64,000 bases of DNA from the NCBI RefSeq assembly GCF_021028975.2, contig NC_059433.1, positions 58,962,001 through 59,026,000 of the forward strand, in the 5' to 3' direction. Both the position numbers and the translations under genes were made by a program. Under the pieces are notes generated by a model that searched no databases, was not told the origin of the DNA, and saw only the letters and a program-made list of their open reading frames with translations. Origin of the DNA: Sphaerodactylus townsendi (lineage: Eukaryota). This document shows positions 13,293 to 26,900 of the stretch, piece after piece (the first letter of the stretch is position 1; each line of letters opens with the position of its first letter).

Positions 13293-13505
13293 TTTCTGGG
13301 CTGTATGGCCATGTTCTAGTAGCATTTTCTCCTGACATTTCGCCTGCATCTGTGGCTGGCATCTTCAGAGGATGAAATGCTCCTCTGAAGATCCTCTGAA
13401 GATGCCAGATTCAAGCAAAACATCAGGAGAAAATGCTACTAGAACATGTACTAAAATGTTATATTACTAGAACAGCGATTCCGGCTGTGAAAGCCTTCGA
13501 CAATA
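13293..13505. mobile_element. Penelope-like element terminal repeats in inverted arrangement
   Basis: Minus-strand copy followed by a degenerate plus-strand copy ending ccggctgtgaaagccttcgacaata. Confidence 0.8.
13330..13372 (-). ncRNA. Minimal type I hammerhead ribozyme motif (Penelope-associated)
   Basis: Minus strand: UCCU-CUGAAGA-U-GCC-(13 nt)-GGC-GAAA-UG-UC-AGGA. Confidence 0.65.
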
Positions 13506-13947
13506 TTTTGATTGACTGTTGGAGATTTGATTGGCTCGGCAGACTTTTAAAAACGTTGCATTGGCAGCAGCTGGTGCACAGCAAAAAGATTATTGTGTTA
13601 CTGAAGTTAAGCTATGGCAATCATTTTGTGACTGTCTCCAACTCTCAATGCAACCATTTTATGGCAGCCATTTTGTTGCTTTGCCCACTATGACATGTCA
13701 ACATTCTAAATGTGCCTGCAGGCTCAAAAAGGCTGGAGACCCCTGGTCTTTGAGTTGGACAAAGGACAATTAATGTCCCTCCACTTGTGGAATTATTCCT
13801 TCCCACTTCTCCCTTTCCTTTACAGCCCACATTTCCCACAGTGCTTCTAAGAAAGGTCTTAAGTACAACAGGGGCTATAATATCTATGGCGGACTAAAAT
13901 AGGAGGAAGAATTGGTGAAAATCATCTCTAGTCCACCTGTGGAATAC

Positions 13948-13997
13948 TATTTTGGCTTCACTATGTAATTTGTATTTTGGCTTCACTATGTAATTTG
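13948..13997. repeat. Perfect 25-bp tandem duplication
   Basis: tattttggcttcactatgtaatttg x2. Confidence 0.95.
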
Positions 13998-15946
13998 TAC
14001 AAAGCAATAAAACAAATCTACAAAAGTAAAACGAATATAGAATCTGCATTGGTCTATGCCTGAACATTTATGCTTCCTGTAATACTGATATATAAATTCA
14101 CAGCTTTTCAAAACTATCAAGCTTTATTTTTTGTCAGTTGCTGTAAGAATGTCTTTTGGGTTATTTGGCTTGCTTGTTTCCATTTCCTCTGTGATGAACA
14201 GTACCACAATACCACATTGTAACATCACCCAATAAAGAGTTTGCATTTTGGCATTCTGCCTTTTTATTTCAACTACTTTCTTCTGCTAATGCCAATCATT
14301 TCAAAAGTAAGCAAAATGTCAGATGACTTGGTTTTAATAATCATTACCGTTTGATGAATCAACTAAACTTAATGATCACATATTTTGCTAGCATTATTAG
14401 TTTCACTTAGTTGGCTGCACCTCAGTTTCTATTATCAGCAGTAAAACAAATGCTCTGCATTGTAAATTTGTTTCCTGCCAAGGGTATAGCACTGTAAGGT
14501 CACTGTAATAAACTGCAATTCATAGTACAAGCACAAAAAAAGAGGATTTTTTCAACAGAACTTTTTATTTTTTAGAATAATTCAAACTTACAACAGATAA
14601 AATTGATTTTTTTTTCATGAAATACAAAATCAGTTATTGTTGAGGAGCATCTCTGGAGTTTATTTACAGATCACAGCAGTATATAATTGCCCACTCTTCA
14701 GTGATTGCTGAAAGTCTGCTTTAGACACACAAAACAACATCATCACACAGGCACAGTGATTAACACTGGTGATATATGTATATGGAGAAAGTAAAATGTC
14801 CCAGCTTTCTGGATACAGGTCACCATAATCACAGGAATCACTTCTGTGTGGACAATATGTTCTCCTAATGCATCTGTGTCCAAGATCAGAATTTGTATAA
14901 GTAGTGAGAAGTTTCTGAAACGTTATATATGTACCAACAAACACATGAACAGTACTGATGCTCATAAGGTATAGATGAAGACAGCAGTGGGATCAGTAAA
15001 ATGACCTGGACTCGAATATAAAACCCAACAAATGATTCCATGGGGAGGAAATAAAGAGTAAGACGATCTTGTGATTGTGAGAAGTCAGTGGTGAATTTCA
15101 GAAATAACTGGAATAGAGACTGAATGGAGACAGAAATGTGCACTTATAGATTAGGAGGGAAGTGGGGGATGGAAGAAGCTATGGAGGCAAATATTTCAAC
15201 TCCACATGAAGACTGACATCTCTAGAGCACTACTCTTCAAATTTTCCAGACTTGGGACTAAATGAGCATGGGACCTACGGAGGTACATGAATTCATGACA
15301 TCAGAATCACACAATAGGAACTGGAAAAGCCAGAGTTATAATCTTCCAGGTGACAAGAAAATAACAGTGAGGAGCAGGCAATGAGTTCCAGGCACAAGAA
15401 ATGCAAGTCAAACACTAGAAGATTTATCATAGTGAAGAAAAAGACCATAGTCACAGATGTACTGTCTCTCCATCCATTAAGTGATCTGACCTCATCATGT
15501 TGCTGTTGTTCTTAGTAGATATGTAAAGAGGCAAAAGACATGATATGTTCTGTGACCATGTGCACTAGCAGCAAGTTCATCTAAAGGAAGACAAAAAAGA
15601 TACAGGAACTCCGCAAAGAAGTTGGAACAGACAACCCAGACTGGACTCCTCCCAAATTTTCTTCAGTATAAGGAAATCCTGGCTAAATCAAATCTTTGCT
15701 TGGATAGGACTGCTTTCTCCAAAAAGTCTGCTTTTTCCCTTCGTGCTTAGCCCTACTAATATCACCACACCAGATATGCACAGGGAACACTGTCTTATTG
15801 ATGCTGGCAGTAAAATTTTAGATACCTGTAGGATTCAATGCAACAACATTTTTAGTACTGAAACAGCACCCATAACAAAGGAACAGTGTAACTTGCATGG
15901 TACTGCATTTGTTAAAAGGTCTTCCCTTATCCTACTATGTAAATGA

Positions 15947-16240
15947 TAAGGTAAAGGTAATCCACTGTGCAAGCACCAGGTCATCACTGACCCAAGAGGC
16001 AACATTACATCACGAAATTTACAAGGCAGACTTTATTTATGGGGTGGTTTGCCACTGCCTTCCCCAGTCGCTACACTTTACCACCAGCTAGCTGGGCACT
16101 CATTTTACCAACCTTGGAAGGACGGAAGGCTGAATCAACCTTAAGCAGAACTGAAACTGACTTTGTCAAAATCAAATTCTAGTTGTGAGCAGAGCTTTGA
16201 CTGCAGTACTGTAACTTACCCCTCTGTGTCATAGGCTCAA
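15947..16240 (-). mobile_element. Sauria SINE
   Basis: aaggtaaaggt tail, actcattttacc..ggaaggctga..caacctt body, gactgcagtactg head. Partial copies at ~19845-19915 and 47660-47740. Confidence 0.8.
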
Positions 16241-18189
16241 CTATATAACTATCCCATAAATAATACGTATGCTTTACTTCAGAAACCAGAACTATCAAAA
16301 GTGTAAAAAATTGAAATATTTATTGGAAATCCTGAAAGCATTCCAACCACTGACTCTCAGTGAAATAGTTTCCAAATATGGTAAGAGAAGACTCTATATC
16401 TTTTTCAAACTGGACTTTGAAAAGCAAGTTTCCAGGCATTAAAGAATTATTACATCTACTTGTATTTGTTCATTGATGTGGCCAGGACAATGTGAAGCAT
16501 ACTAACAGCACAGAAAAATCATCTAGTAGCAATACCTTAGTGCAATTTAAGAAAATCAGACAGAGCAGGGGTTTTTTATTGTCTCATTTCATTTTGAAAC
16601 ATAAGGCCCTGTTCACTTCATTTAAGTTTTATAATGAAGGGAAGCTTGATCAATCTGTCTTGTGTCTTCTTAGGGTGAGACTGCAATTGAGTGGAAGCAA
16701 CAGATGAACAAAGCCCACATTCAAATCTGCAGCTCATTAAAATATGTTAAAATGGGGTTAAAATCTCAATTGTAAGTGAACAGTGGTTAGCTCCTTTCAG
16801 CTACATACACGCGATTAATAAACCATACATTCATTAGCTCTGAACTAGTGATCTTGAGAGTTAAATTTGAATAAATAGCCCTGCTGTTTAGATCTTTAAC
16901 TAGCTTTTAAAAACATTGACGAAAGAAATAAGCGTTTGAGAAGCCATGGAAAAAACAACAGCTCTGCTGTGGAAGAATACCCCTTCAGGATGGGAGAACA
17001 AGGTTACCAGCACTGGTGCCAAAAAGCTGCCCATCCAGGTGCCTGCTCACATATAAGGGATAACTTTATCAAACAAGAAATGGTTAGCATCAATCACATG
17101 CAAGCTGAGAAAGCATTGGGGGAGGGAATTCTTATCTTCTTCCAGAGCCAAAGGAAGCCAACAATAAGGAGGAGGAGGAATGTATATGATAGCTCATCTT
17201 TGTGAGCACGTGAGAGACAGATTAAGAAATAATGGCCACAAAGGATTCCAGTATTCCAGCCATTTAAGAAATAAGCCACCTTATACACACTCATTGTTTC
17301 AGGAATTTATTGGATTTATATCCCACTTTGTCCTAAGGCCTAAGAGAAATTTACAGTTTTTTTTCAAATTTCGACACTTATGCCCCCAGAAATTCATAAA
17401 GAAACAATTAATCAATTGTTCAAATTAGGTCAAATTACAACCCAATTCAGAAAGGGGGGGGGGGGGCTGAAGAGACTCCTGGAAGTGATGTGATGCTGCA
17501 CCAGCAGATTCACTCTCCGGGGGACACTTATCCCAGAAGAGAGGTAAATATGCAGAAGAGAGGGAGGCTATTGCAGCCCTCTGAGATGCTGGATGTGGTG
17601 ATAAGCGCTGAGCCTGCACTCCTGCCCTGCCGATACAGCAGGGGCATTCTGGAGGTATGGTCGGGGGTGGAGTTGATGTTAGCTGGCATTGCCTCGAGTT
17701 ATGCTGCAGCCCAGGTGTCTGACTACGTAGCCCACATTGACTCTGTATTTTAAAAGCCGATTAAAGGTTTATTTGATTTGGTTTGATGTCGCCACATGGA
17801 GGGCTTTCAGATGGTGGGGAGGTGTTTGTTTTTTTTTGCCATCCTGCACTGCTGAAAAGCCCTATGGAAGCAGCAGCATGGCAGCAGTTCTGTCTCCCCT
17901 TGCTCAGTGCTCTGGATTGGGCTGTAAGCATACAAACCACTGTAAGCTCTCTGACCAATCCTATAAAATATATATATTTCTCACAGCAGTATATTTTCCT
18001 TTAAAAATCATATTGGCAAAAGCCAGTTGCCAAAAGCACTCTTATGGGTGTAGGTAGCCGCATGATCACCTGACCACAGCCAAAAGGTCAAAACTACTTT
18101 AACAAAAGCTAAGATAATGAGTTACTCCAGCATAACTTGGAGGCCTCATTTGAGTCACGAGAATGCTTGATTACCACACCTTGCTATAG

Positions 18190-19096
18190 AAACTGTTAAA
18201 GACAAAGAAGATGGAAAGCTACATTAGCATCAGTTGCTGAATTTCACTATCTCTTCTAGCAACAGATGGTTCCTTCCTTGCATTTCCCCAACCTATAGAT
18301 ATGACCTCCCTACAAGAAGATCCCATCCTGAATCAATCAAGCCTCATTCAAATCTGAATACTGAAGGCAAAGACTGTAAGAGTTACTTTGCATAAAGCCA
18401 TTCTGTGCTTCCTGACTTAATCTAGGACCAATTGACTCTCATTGTCCCAAGGTGTAGAACAATAGAAGAGTCGCTAATTAGCTCACCCAGCAAGCCCAGC
18501 ATGGGAAATTCCAGAGAATTTAGAAAAAGGAAACTTAAAACTCACTTGTTCCCGCCTCTTCCTGGGCAAAAGAGTATAAAAGGTCAGTTCACCCCAACAC
18601 ATGTGCTCATACTAGCCTGTACCTTCCTCGGTCTGGTCAGTTTGAGACACGATATCGTCCTTCGCCTGGATTCAGATGCTGGTTATTTGAATCCTTGCCT
18701 TCTACAAGATCTTCTTCAGCTGAACTTAGGTAAAGTATTTCCCTGAAAAAACCCCTCCATTTCTATAATCCAATCTATCTTTTAAAACCTTTTTTATATC
18801 TTAGGAACTTGAATGTATGTGCTCTTATGTCTCACTGTGTGTTTGTATTGTTAAACAAATTTATATAAAACTGTTAAATTCAATTTGGACTCTTGCATTA
18901 CTCTGTGGAATATCCATTGCTAGAATTCCTTCCTCATATTATACAGTCTAAAAGATCCCCTCTCGGCCCCTCTCGCTGCCAATGTGAGAGCTCATTCCCC
19001 TTTGCTACTTTTATAATCCTATGTGTGCTGTTATATGTTTAGCAGCTGGTGGAGAATCCCTTTAATAAAATCCTTACCCCTGTTAAGGCCGTAACA
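18190..19096 (+). mobile_element. Possible solo LTR
   Basis: TATAAAAG at ~18575, AATAAA at ~19064, ends ..ccgtaaca. The 5' boundary and TSD are not resolved. Confidence 0.35.
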
Positions 19097-19173
19097 CCAC
19101 CCATTAATTCAAACAAAGGTACATGCTTCATCCACATTCTACATATAACCAGTCTCATCAACTGTCAAACTAT

Positions 19174-19431
19174 GTATTGTCGAAGGCTTTCACGGCCGGA
19201 ATCACTGGGGTGATGTGGTTTCCAGGCTGTATGACCGCATTCTAGCAGCGTTCTCTCCTGACGTTTCGCCTGCATCTGTGCCTGGCATCTTCAGATTCAG
19301 ATCCTCTGAAGATGCCAGCCACAGATGCCAGATTCAGATCCTCTGAAGATGCCAGCCACAGATGCAGGCGAAACGTCAGGAGAGAAAGCTGCTAGAACAC
19401 GGCCATACAGCCCAGAAACCACACAGCACCC
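19174..19431. mobile_element. Young Penelope-like insertion (head-to-head inverted termini)
   Basis: Minus copy 19174-19295, an internal partial duplication, then a plus copy to 19431. Candidate 15-bp TSD caactgtcaaactat / caactatcaaactgt (13/15). Confidence 0.85.
19339..19381 (+). ncRNA. Minimal type I hammerhead ribozyme motif (Penelope-associated)
   Basis: UCCU-CUGAAGA-U-GCC-(13 nt)-GGC-GAAA-CG-UC-AGGA; predicted cleavage 3' of C19377. Confidence 0.75.
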
Positions 19432-21310
19432 CAACTATCAAACTGTCATCAACAGTGCTATCTACTGTGAATGTTTGATATCCCTAGTTAATATAATGCT
19501 CTTAAGAGTGGTACCCTTGTCCTTGGACCCTTGTCTTTCCATTACTTTCCAAATACCTGCTTCCAGGCATCACCTACAAACATAAAAGGACCATAACAGC
19601 AGCTCTAAGATATACATTGTACAAGTATATCCGGCTCATGATGTGTGTGCATACAGCCTTGTGGTATTCTTAAGAATATAGCTGAAAGATCAACATGGAA
19701 ACACATTAAACTGAACAGAACAACATAAAGAGACAGCCCAGAAAACCCACACCAACCAAAATAAAGAGAAGATCTACACCTTTTGAACTTTTTGAAAACC
19801 CCTTTAGGACCTTTTGAAGAAGATCTTGCAATTTTAGAAAGTGAAGTAATTCAATCCAAGTTGTGAGCAGGGCTTTGACTGCAGTATTGCAACTTACCAC
19901 CCTGTCCCATGGGGTTCCTAATTTAACACTTTCACACACACATTTACTTAGTGTATTCTGGTTCTGATTTAAGCACATACTGTCTTCAGAACCAAGAATC
20001 ATACTGCTGAGATTATTGCACTGTTTTGTATTTTACTATAGCTGTATTCATTAAAAAAAACCTTCCCTGAGCAATTCTGTTTTATACATTCTGCAGAATG
20101 ACAGAAGTGCAAGAGCCTTTTTGACCATTTCACAGAATAGGCATCACAGTGTGGAATGCTCAGCTGTGAGCAGCTGCTGATTTTACCCATTGGAACGGTG
20201 CCATCTTCAGCCAGATGACTGCAGTTGCCACTGTGGGGCATACCAGGAGAGCCTGCCCTTTAAGCATGTCAATCCTAGGCCATGAAGGACTTTGAGGATG
20301 ACCCATCAATACCTTTAATTGAATCCAGGAAATGACTGCAACCGCAGAACAAGTGATACAGGCACATACTATCTAAATCCCAATAATAATTAAACTGTGA
20401 TGTTCTGTAGTAACTTGAGTGTATGCATTGTCTTTGAGGGCAGGCCAATAGTCTCGTTACTGTGGCCTAGATCCATATGGCCTGATCAGCCTGGTCAAGG
20501 AAGGAAACATTCTCCCTGGCTAGGTCAAGATGTTATAACACATTTCTGCCACTGAATTAGCTTGCTTCTCCAGCAATTAAACAGCATGCGAAGTAAGACT
20601 GAATACTGTGTAACCCCACAGAACAAGTCCCGCACTGATGAAACTAATTTTCAACAACAACCCTCTGAGTTCACTTCCCAAGAAAGATTAAAACCAATCC
20701 AAAGCATAAGGAATACCAGGGTCATGACAAGGAGGCAAGCAATAGCAAATAACCTCTGAACATCTCTTGCCTTGAAAACCCTATCAGTACTAGAAACACG
20801 CCAAAGCCCTAAGAAAGAACCTACAGGTACTTCTACCTTTGAATCGCATTCACCTTGAATAACAGAACTTAGTCAACTACAGACAACCTCAAACTTTTAA
20901 ACCAAAGCAGCAAAGAATCTTCTGTTGTTTGACATCAGCAAAGTAGCATACCGACTCCTCCTTACTGTTGTTGAATTTTTTCTTTACTGAATTTATTGTT
21001 GCTTCCTATGCATTATTCCCATTTTTCTCCCCTTCATTGGCCTAATTATTGCCAATTCATTGAAGCATGGTATTTTCAAATTTCTCCCCTACTCCCATGT
21101 TTGTTACATGATTCTGATGTCAGTTTTAGGAACCTGCAAGGCTCGCAATTGCCATTATGTATTTTGTATGCAAATGCATCCTAAAAAGATGGAGTTGTGT
21201 TAGATACTCATAACAGGCAGTAACACTGCAACAAAAGGAACACACCTTTTAAATGCCTTATCTTTTTTTTCATGCACACACTTTATACAAAACTGCCTTT
21301 GTTAACGGGA

Positions 21311-21610
21311 TCCAATGTGGTGTAGTGTTTAAGAGCAGTGGGCTCTAATCTGGAGAACCGAGTTTGATTCCCCATTCTTCCACATGAGCAGTGGACTCTA
21401 ATCTGATCAACTGGATTTATTTCCCCACTCCTACACATGAAGTCTGCTGGGTGATCTTGGGCTAGTACAGTTCTTCAGAACTCTTTCAGCTCCACCTACT
21501 TCACAAGGTGTCTGCTGTGGAGGGAGGAAGGGATGGAGTTTGTAAGCCCCTTTGAGGCTCCTCATGGTTGAGAAAAGCAGGGTATAAATCTAAACTCTTC
21601 TCCTCTTCCT
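21311..21610 (+). mobile_element. Squam3-type SINE
   Basis: Full head-to-tail copy with ctcttc tail. Confidence 0.85.
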
Positions 21611-21978
21611 AATTTTCCATCAGTCTCTCTTCCAGCATTGTGTCCCAAACATCAAAACCTTGTGTGTGTTTTTTAGCTAGGAACTCTTCACATTTCGAAG
21701 ATGCAACTAAATGGTTCAGAGCAACCCATACTTAAAGATAGCTACGTTCTCTTGAAACTATTTTGTGCAACTTCTCTGCCACTAGATTAGGTGAAGACAA
21801 CCAGTTCTACACTAGATTATGTGGGGACTGCAGTTTATACTAGTAACAGCAAGGGCAGTTACTGTGGAAGGGAAAGAAATGAAAGTAAAGGTGAGAAAGG
21901 GAACCAGGCACCACCTGTTTGTAGGTGATGCTTGGAAGCAGGTATTTGGTATGAAAAGAACATCTTAACTGAAAATAG

Positions 21979-22119
21979 GGCTCATTCCGCACATGTAAAA
22001 TAATGCACTTTCAAACTGCTTTCAGTGCTCTTTGAAGCTGTGCGGAATAGCAAAATTCACTTACAAACAGTTGTGAAAGTGGTTTGAAAACACATTATTT
22101 TGCATGTGCGGAAGGGGCC
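21979..22119. mobile_element. 141-bp Harbinger-like MITE
   Basis: Termini ggctcattccgcac / gtgcggaaggggcc. Reverse-orientation sibling of 23769-23909 and 38917-39057. Confidence 0.8.
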
Positions 22120-22976
22120 TATGTTGACATGTAGGTTCAGTGATGGACATTTAACCATGTAGAACACCTGGTAAGAGTACATTTACTAACTGAAAATATT
22201 TATATATAAGATTTGGACAATGGAATACAAAAGAAACAAGGAAATGTGAACTTGCGCAATTCCTCTACTAAACAGCCAACTCATTATTTTAAGGCTACCC
22301 AAACTGCACAGCAACCCTGAGAAACATTGTATGAAAATATGTATATTTCATTCACAATATCTTGTTGGAGAATGGAGTAAAATAGAAAGGAGCAGAAAGG
22401 AGTAAATATATATTTATAGAATATATTTAGAATTTAAGTATTCTTTTCATGGAGTAAGGCCTCATCCATGACACTCTCAAAAATCTTGTCAGCTGGGAGT
22501 CTGGCTGGAACAGATGAAGCTGGCTGGTAGGAAGCAGTGTACAACCAGTGGTAACATACAAAGTAATAACCCAAACAAATCTGTAGCCGATGACCACCTT
22601 TGACCAAAACCGATACAAACAGACTAGATAAAGCAGGAAGCATTTGCAAAAACTATTTTAATGCCTGCTGTAAATCAGTGCAGTTGGTCATCATTTCAGA
22701 ACAGTCCACCTTCCTTATTTTTTCCTACTCACTGACTAGTTAGCACTTTCAGCTTTATTGCTGCATTTGTTTTGTTTCTAGTTTTTTATTGTATCTAGAC
22801 CTCAGCCAATCTTGGTCTTCTTGATGCATGTCTGAACATGTTGTCCACTATCTACATACTTTGAAGGCATATCCTAGGAAGACTTTATCATCTCATTTTT
22901 TGGAATGTGCATGTCAGATAACAGAACAAAGGCAAATGTACACTTGAATATACATGGTAAATTTGCTTTTTTAAAG

Positions 22977-23302
22977 TAAGGTGACCAGATGGTCACCTTT
23001 GTGAACCGGGATGGGTGGGTAGGTGGACGGCCGTGCGCGCATGCGCGCGCAGCCTCAGGAGCACACTGCCTTCTGGGGCACTCCCATTTCCCGCCCTGTC
23101 ACAGGGCGGGAAACGGGAGCGCCCCAGAAGGCAGTGCGCTCCTGCGGCCGCGTGCACAGGAGGCTGCCGCACTGCCTTGCACCCCAGAAGGCAGTGTGGC
23201 AGCCTTCCAAAAATCGGGACACTTGAAAAAACCCGTGGGACGCGGGACAAATTGTTTTAAGATGGGACTGTCCCGCCAAAAGCGGGACGTCTGGTCAACC
23301 TA
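22977..23302. mobile_element. hAT non-autonomous element (Blackjack-like termini)
   Basis: TIRs taaggtgaccaga / tctggtcaaccta; perfect 8-bp TSD ttttaaag (22969-22976, 23303-23310); internal ~80-bp palindrome. Confidence 0.9.
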
Positions 23303-23614
23303 TTTTAAAGGGATATTGTGTTTATCATGTTCAGGGACATTTTATTGTGATCCCCAGCATGCACTTTCAGTTTGCACAGTCCTAAAAGAAGATCGTGAGT
23401 TATGCCTTTAAGAATGTTTAACTGAGCTTGGAGAATAGAAGGACCGTATTCACAACACCAGCAATTCCCGGGCTGAGCTAGTTAGTTAAATACTTTGTAG
23501 CAAGCTGCTTCTCATACAGATTTTGTACTTCCGGTTACATGTGAGAGAAAGTGTGGTACGGGGCATCAAGTTCCAGAACAGAAGTTCAGAAGTTCAGGTT
23601 CGAATATCCATTCA

Positions 23615-23909
23615 GGCCCTTTCCGCACATGCAGAATAATGCACATTCAATCCACTTCCACAACTGTTTGCAAGTGGATTTTGCTATTTGGCGCAGTAAA
23701 ATCCAGCTTCAAAGTGGGTTGAAAGTGGATTGTAAGTGCATTATTCTGCATGTGTGGAAGGGGCCTCAGGCCCCTTCCGCACACGCAAAATAATGTGTTT
23801 TCAAACCACTTTCACAACTGTTTGCAAGTGGATTTTGCTATTCCGCACAGCTTCAAAGAGCACTGAAAGCAGTTTGAAAGTGCATTATTCTGCATGTGCG
23901 GAATGAGCC
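23615..23909. mobile_element. Two adjacent Harbinger-like MITEs inside an old SINE
   Basis: 23615-23765 is flanked by tca/tca; 23769-23909 follows immediately. Confidence 0.85.
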
Positions 23910-26900
23910 AGAGGGAGCTTTCTGGATATCGCTGGGCCAGCTACTCACATTCACTCCATCCTCTTTCACATAGGGTTATTGTGAGGATAAACTGTAGAGA
24001 GCTCAGCCATATATGCTGTCCTGAACTCATTGAAGGAATGAAGGAATAAAAATGAACAGGTCACATATAAAAATGATTATGGGTTTTATTTCCTTTTAGC
24101 AAAGGAAAGTCTGCTGCTAGGAAACAAAAAAGCTTTGATCATGCAATCAAGCATAGGATTACTTTGATTTTAAATTGGAAAGATGACTGGTAATTTAAGT
24201 CCACTCTAATGAGACCTGTTGATAAATATGGCAGAGTTTCCAAGGCATTACTATCGCTTGCATTTGAACTTGGATTTTTAAATATTCGAAACCAAATAAA
24301 ACAAGATGACCTCCTGTATAGTAATTGGTTGATCATATAAATACTTATTAAATATAAACACATATGCTTTTGTAGATTTGTTAGAAAGATTAGTTAATTG
24401 CTTAATGAAAGATGTCTTTCAGATACTAATTCCTTCATGTAGCTCAACAGATTAAATTTTATATGAGGAGATATTAGTATGCACACAATGAAGGGACAAG
24501 GCCAACTGGAAAAGCTTGGATGTTAATAGAGTGAGTGTAGCTGCATTCTAAACTCAAAACTGCAATCATTATTACAGACCCTGAATATGATCTTTCATGA
24601 GATATTTATTTATATCAAAAACACCACAATATGTTTAGATTCAGATGCTCTGCTTCCATCATAAAAAAATTATGAAATCTTCAAATTGTGTATGAAACTA
24701 GAGAAAATTATTCTTAATGAGCAATAAAAAAAAGTCATCTTCCGATGCCACAAACCCCCACTTTGCTGACATTTAAAAGTCAAAGAAAGTATACTTGGCA
24801 ATTATCATGTTTATCAACAATTCCATTTTGCATTGAGCAAAACCAATCCACTTTAATTGATTAATAACTGGCAACAGAGTGCTAATGTCAACAATTTTTG
24901 CAAAAGCAAATTATTGGCAACGCCAGCAGACCTGGGTCGTCATCCTCCCCCTCCCCTTTTTTTTTCTTTTTGCTCTAAGCTAGAGACTCAGTCTGGCATG
25001 ATTTTTTCTTTTCCCCCAGTAGGGTGCATGAGCCCTCCAGCTTCCAAATGTGTTTCCTACTGCAGTTACATCTTGGCTGGCATACAGCTGCTCTGAACAA
25101 GTCTTTGCATCCACCGTGGGGTCATCCCACCACCTCCTTTTCAGATCAGTATGATCAGGACAAACAATAGTTTGATTTTGATTGCTCTATAGCACGCTTG
25201 GGTAGAGCCGCTGAATGCAAAAGAATGGCCTCAAAACAATGGTCTGGTTCATCATCCAAAGCGTCCCTTTTCAGACAGCTGCCTCTGCCACACTCACCCT
25301 GACAAACGTCCAGAAAAACAGATGGTTTCAGCATTCATGGGCAGTTTAGTGAAAACCCCAGAGTCAACTATTCAAGGCATCGTATCATCACACTGACAAA
25401 GGAGCATTTTGACATTAAATTAAAAAAATTACTTAAAAATGCTGTCCATGCAGAGGGATATAATTGAGCTAGTTCATCCTCATAGGACAAAAGGGCAAGC
25501 ATTCTTAAGCTCAGAATGTAATAAAGCTTTTTATTCAATATATACATTATTCTTAGAGTTACAAGCACACTAAATGTACAAGGCAAAGCAGTCTTGCATA
25601 TAACATAGTACTGCAAAACCTAGCTAATAAGACCAAGTCAGTAACAGAGAATTTGTCTCTTCTTCAAACATCCTACTTCTTGTTGTTCATTAAGGGAGGA
25701 TGCACCAACTTTTTTAGATTTGCATTTCACAAACTCTGCAGGAAAGCCTTACAAGGCAGTTGGCACTGCAGATAGTTGGGATACTGAGCTACAAATCTAG
25801 CCTTTGCCAAGAACTAAGCCATTCTCTCCCAGCCTCAGCCCCTATCTGCAATTTGGGTAAAACAGTTATCAATCTACCCTACAGGACTGTTGTAAGGATT
25901 ACAATATAAGATAATACATGTTATGAATACTTCAAAATGTTATAAAGGTGCTACTTACTATGTTAGTAATATAAGTGGAGACCCACTCAATTTCACTAGA
26001 AAGAGGAGTACAAGAATGAAATGTAAGGCACAGATTGGATCCTTGTGGGATTTTTCCACACTGTGCATTCTTTAGCTGTTGCAGATTCTGCTGAAGGATG
26101 ACAAGATTGCCCCCTTGTTATCTCCCTTCAACTTAATACAGACATCCTCCAAATGGAGAGCGTAATATAAAGAAAAATGCTTGACTCCAGGAAACGGTTA
26201 ACATTTAAGAGATCTGAAAGAGGATGTGGGAACGAAAGGAAGAGGAAGAAGCAAAACAATACAACCCATGGTGAAATAAGATAGGGTGAAAATGTCTAAA
26301 CCACCAACCACTTATGTCAGAGGATCAGAGAACAGGAAGTGACTCTCAAACGCTGCATATTACACAGTTGTTGAAAGGCACAGAAGCTCAAACAGAGAAA
26401 GCATTCAGCCCCTATATGGCCCAACTTGTACCTTCCCATCTCACTTTTAAGAATACATTCATATAGGTCGGGGGAAATAACACGTGATCGGTAGGTGTCC
26501 CGGGACAACGAGAGAACTCCCCACAGAATTCAGCTCAGTCCCGTGTCAGCCCTGCAACACCCACTCATCCAGGGTTTTTCAGAAACTGCCAGGAAGGTAC
26601 ATCTTTTCTGCCGTTTTCTGGTGAACACGGGATAAGACCAGTATCGTGGGGAATCATCTTTCCCACCCTAAGTCTCCGTTCGTTCTGGCAGCCAATCACA
26701 GCTAAGTCTCCTGGGCATGCGCAGAACAAGAGACTCAGGACGGACAGGAATGCACCTTTAAAAAAAAATCTTCTTGCATACGAAGCCACGACTATGCAAC
26801 TAATAGGCGTACATTTGTGTGCTGTTCTTGGCCACGAAGATCTATGCTTTGTGACAACGTAGCTACGTAGCCATTACATTAAAAAACAAAACAAAAAAGG

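Noticed and set aside
21311-21400. tRNA-like sequences at SINE heads and 5S-like sequence near 12000-12070 and 48830-48860
   Set aside because: SINE-derived and degenerate; not functional tRNA or rRNA genes.
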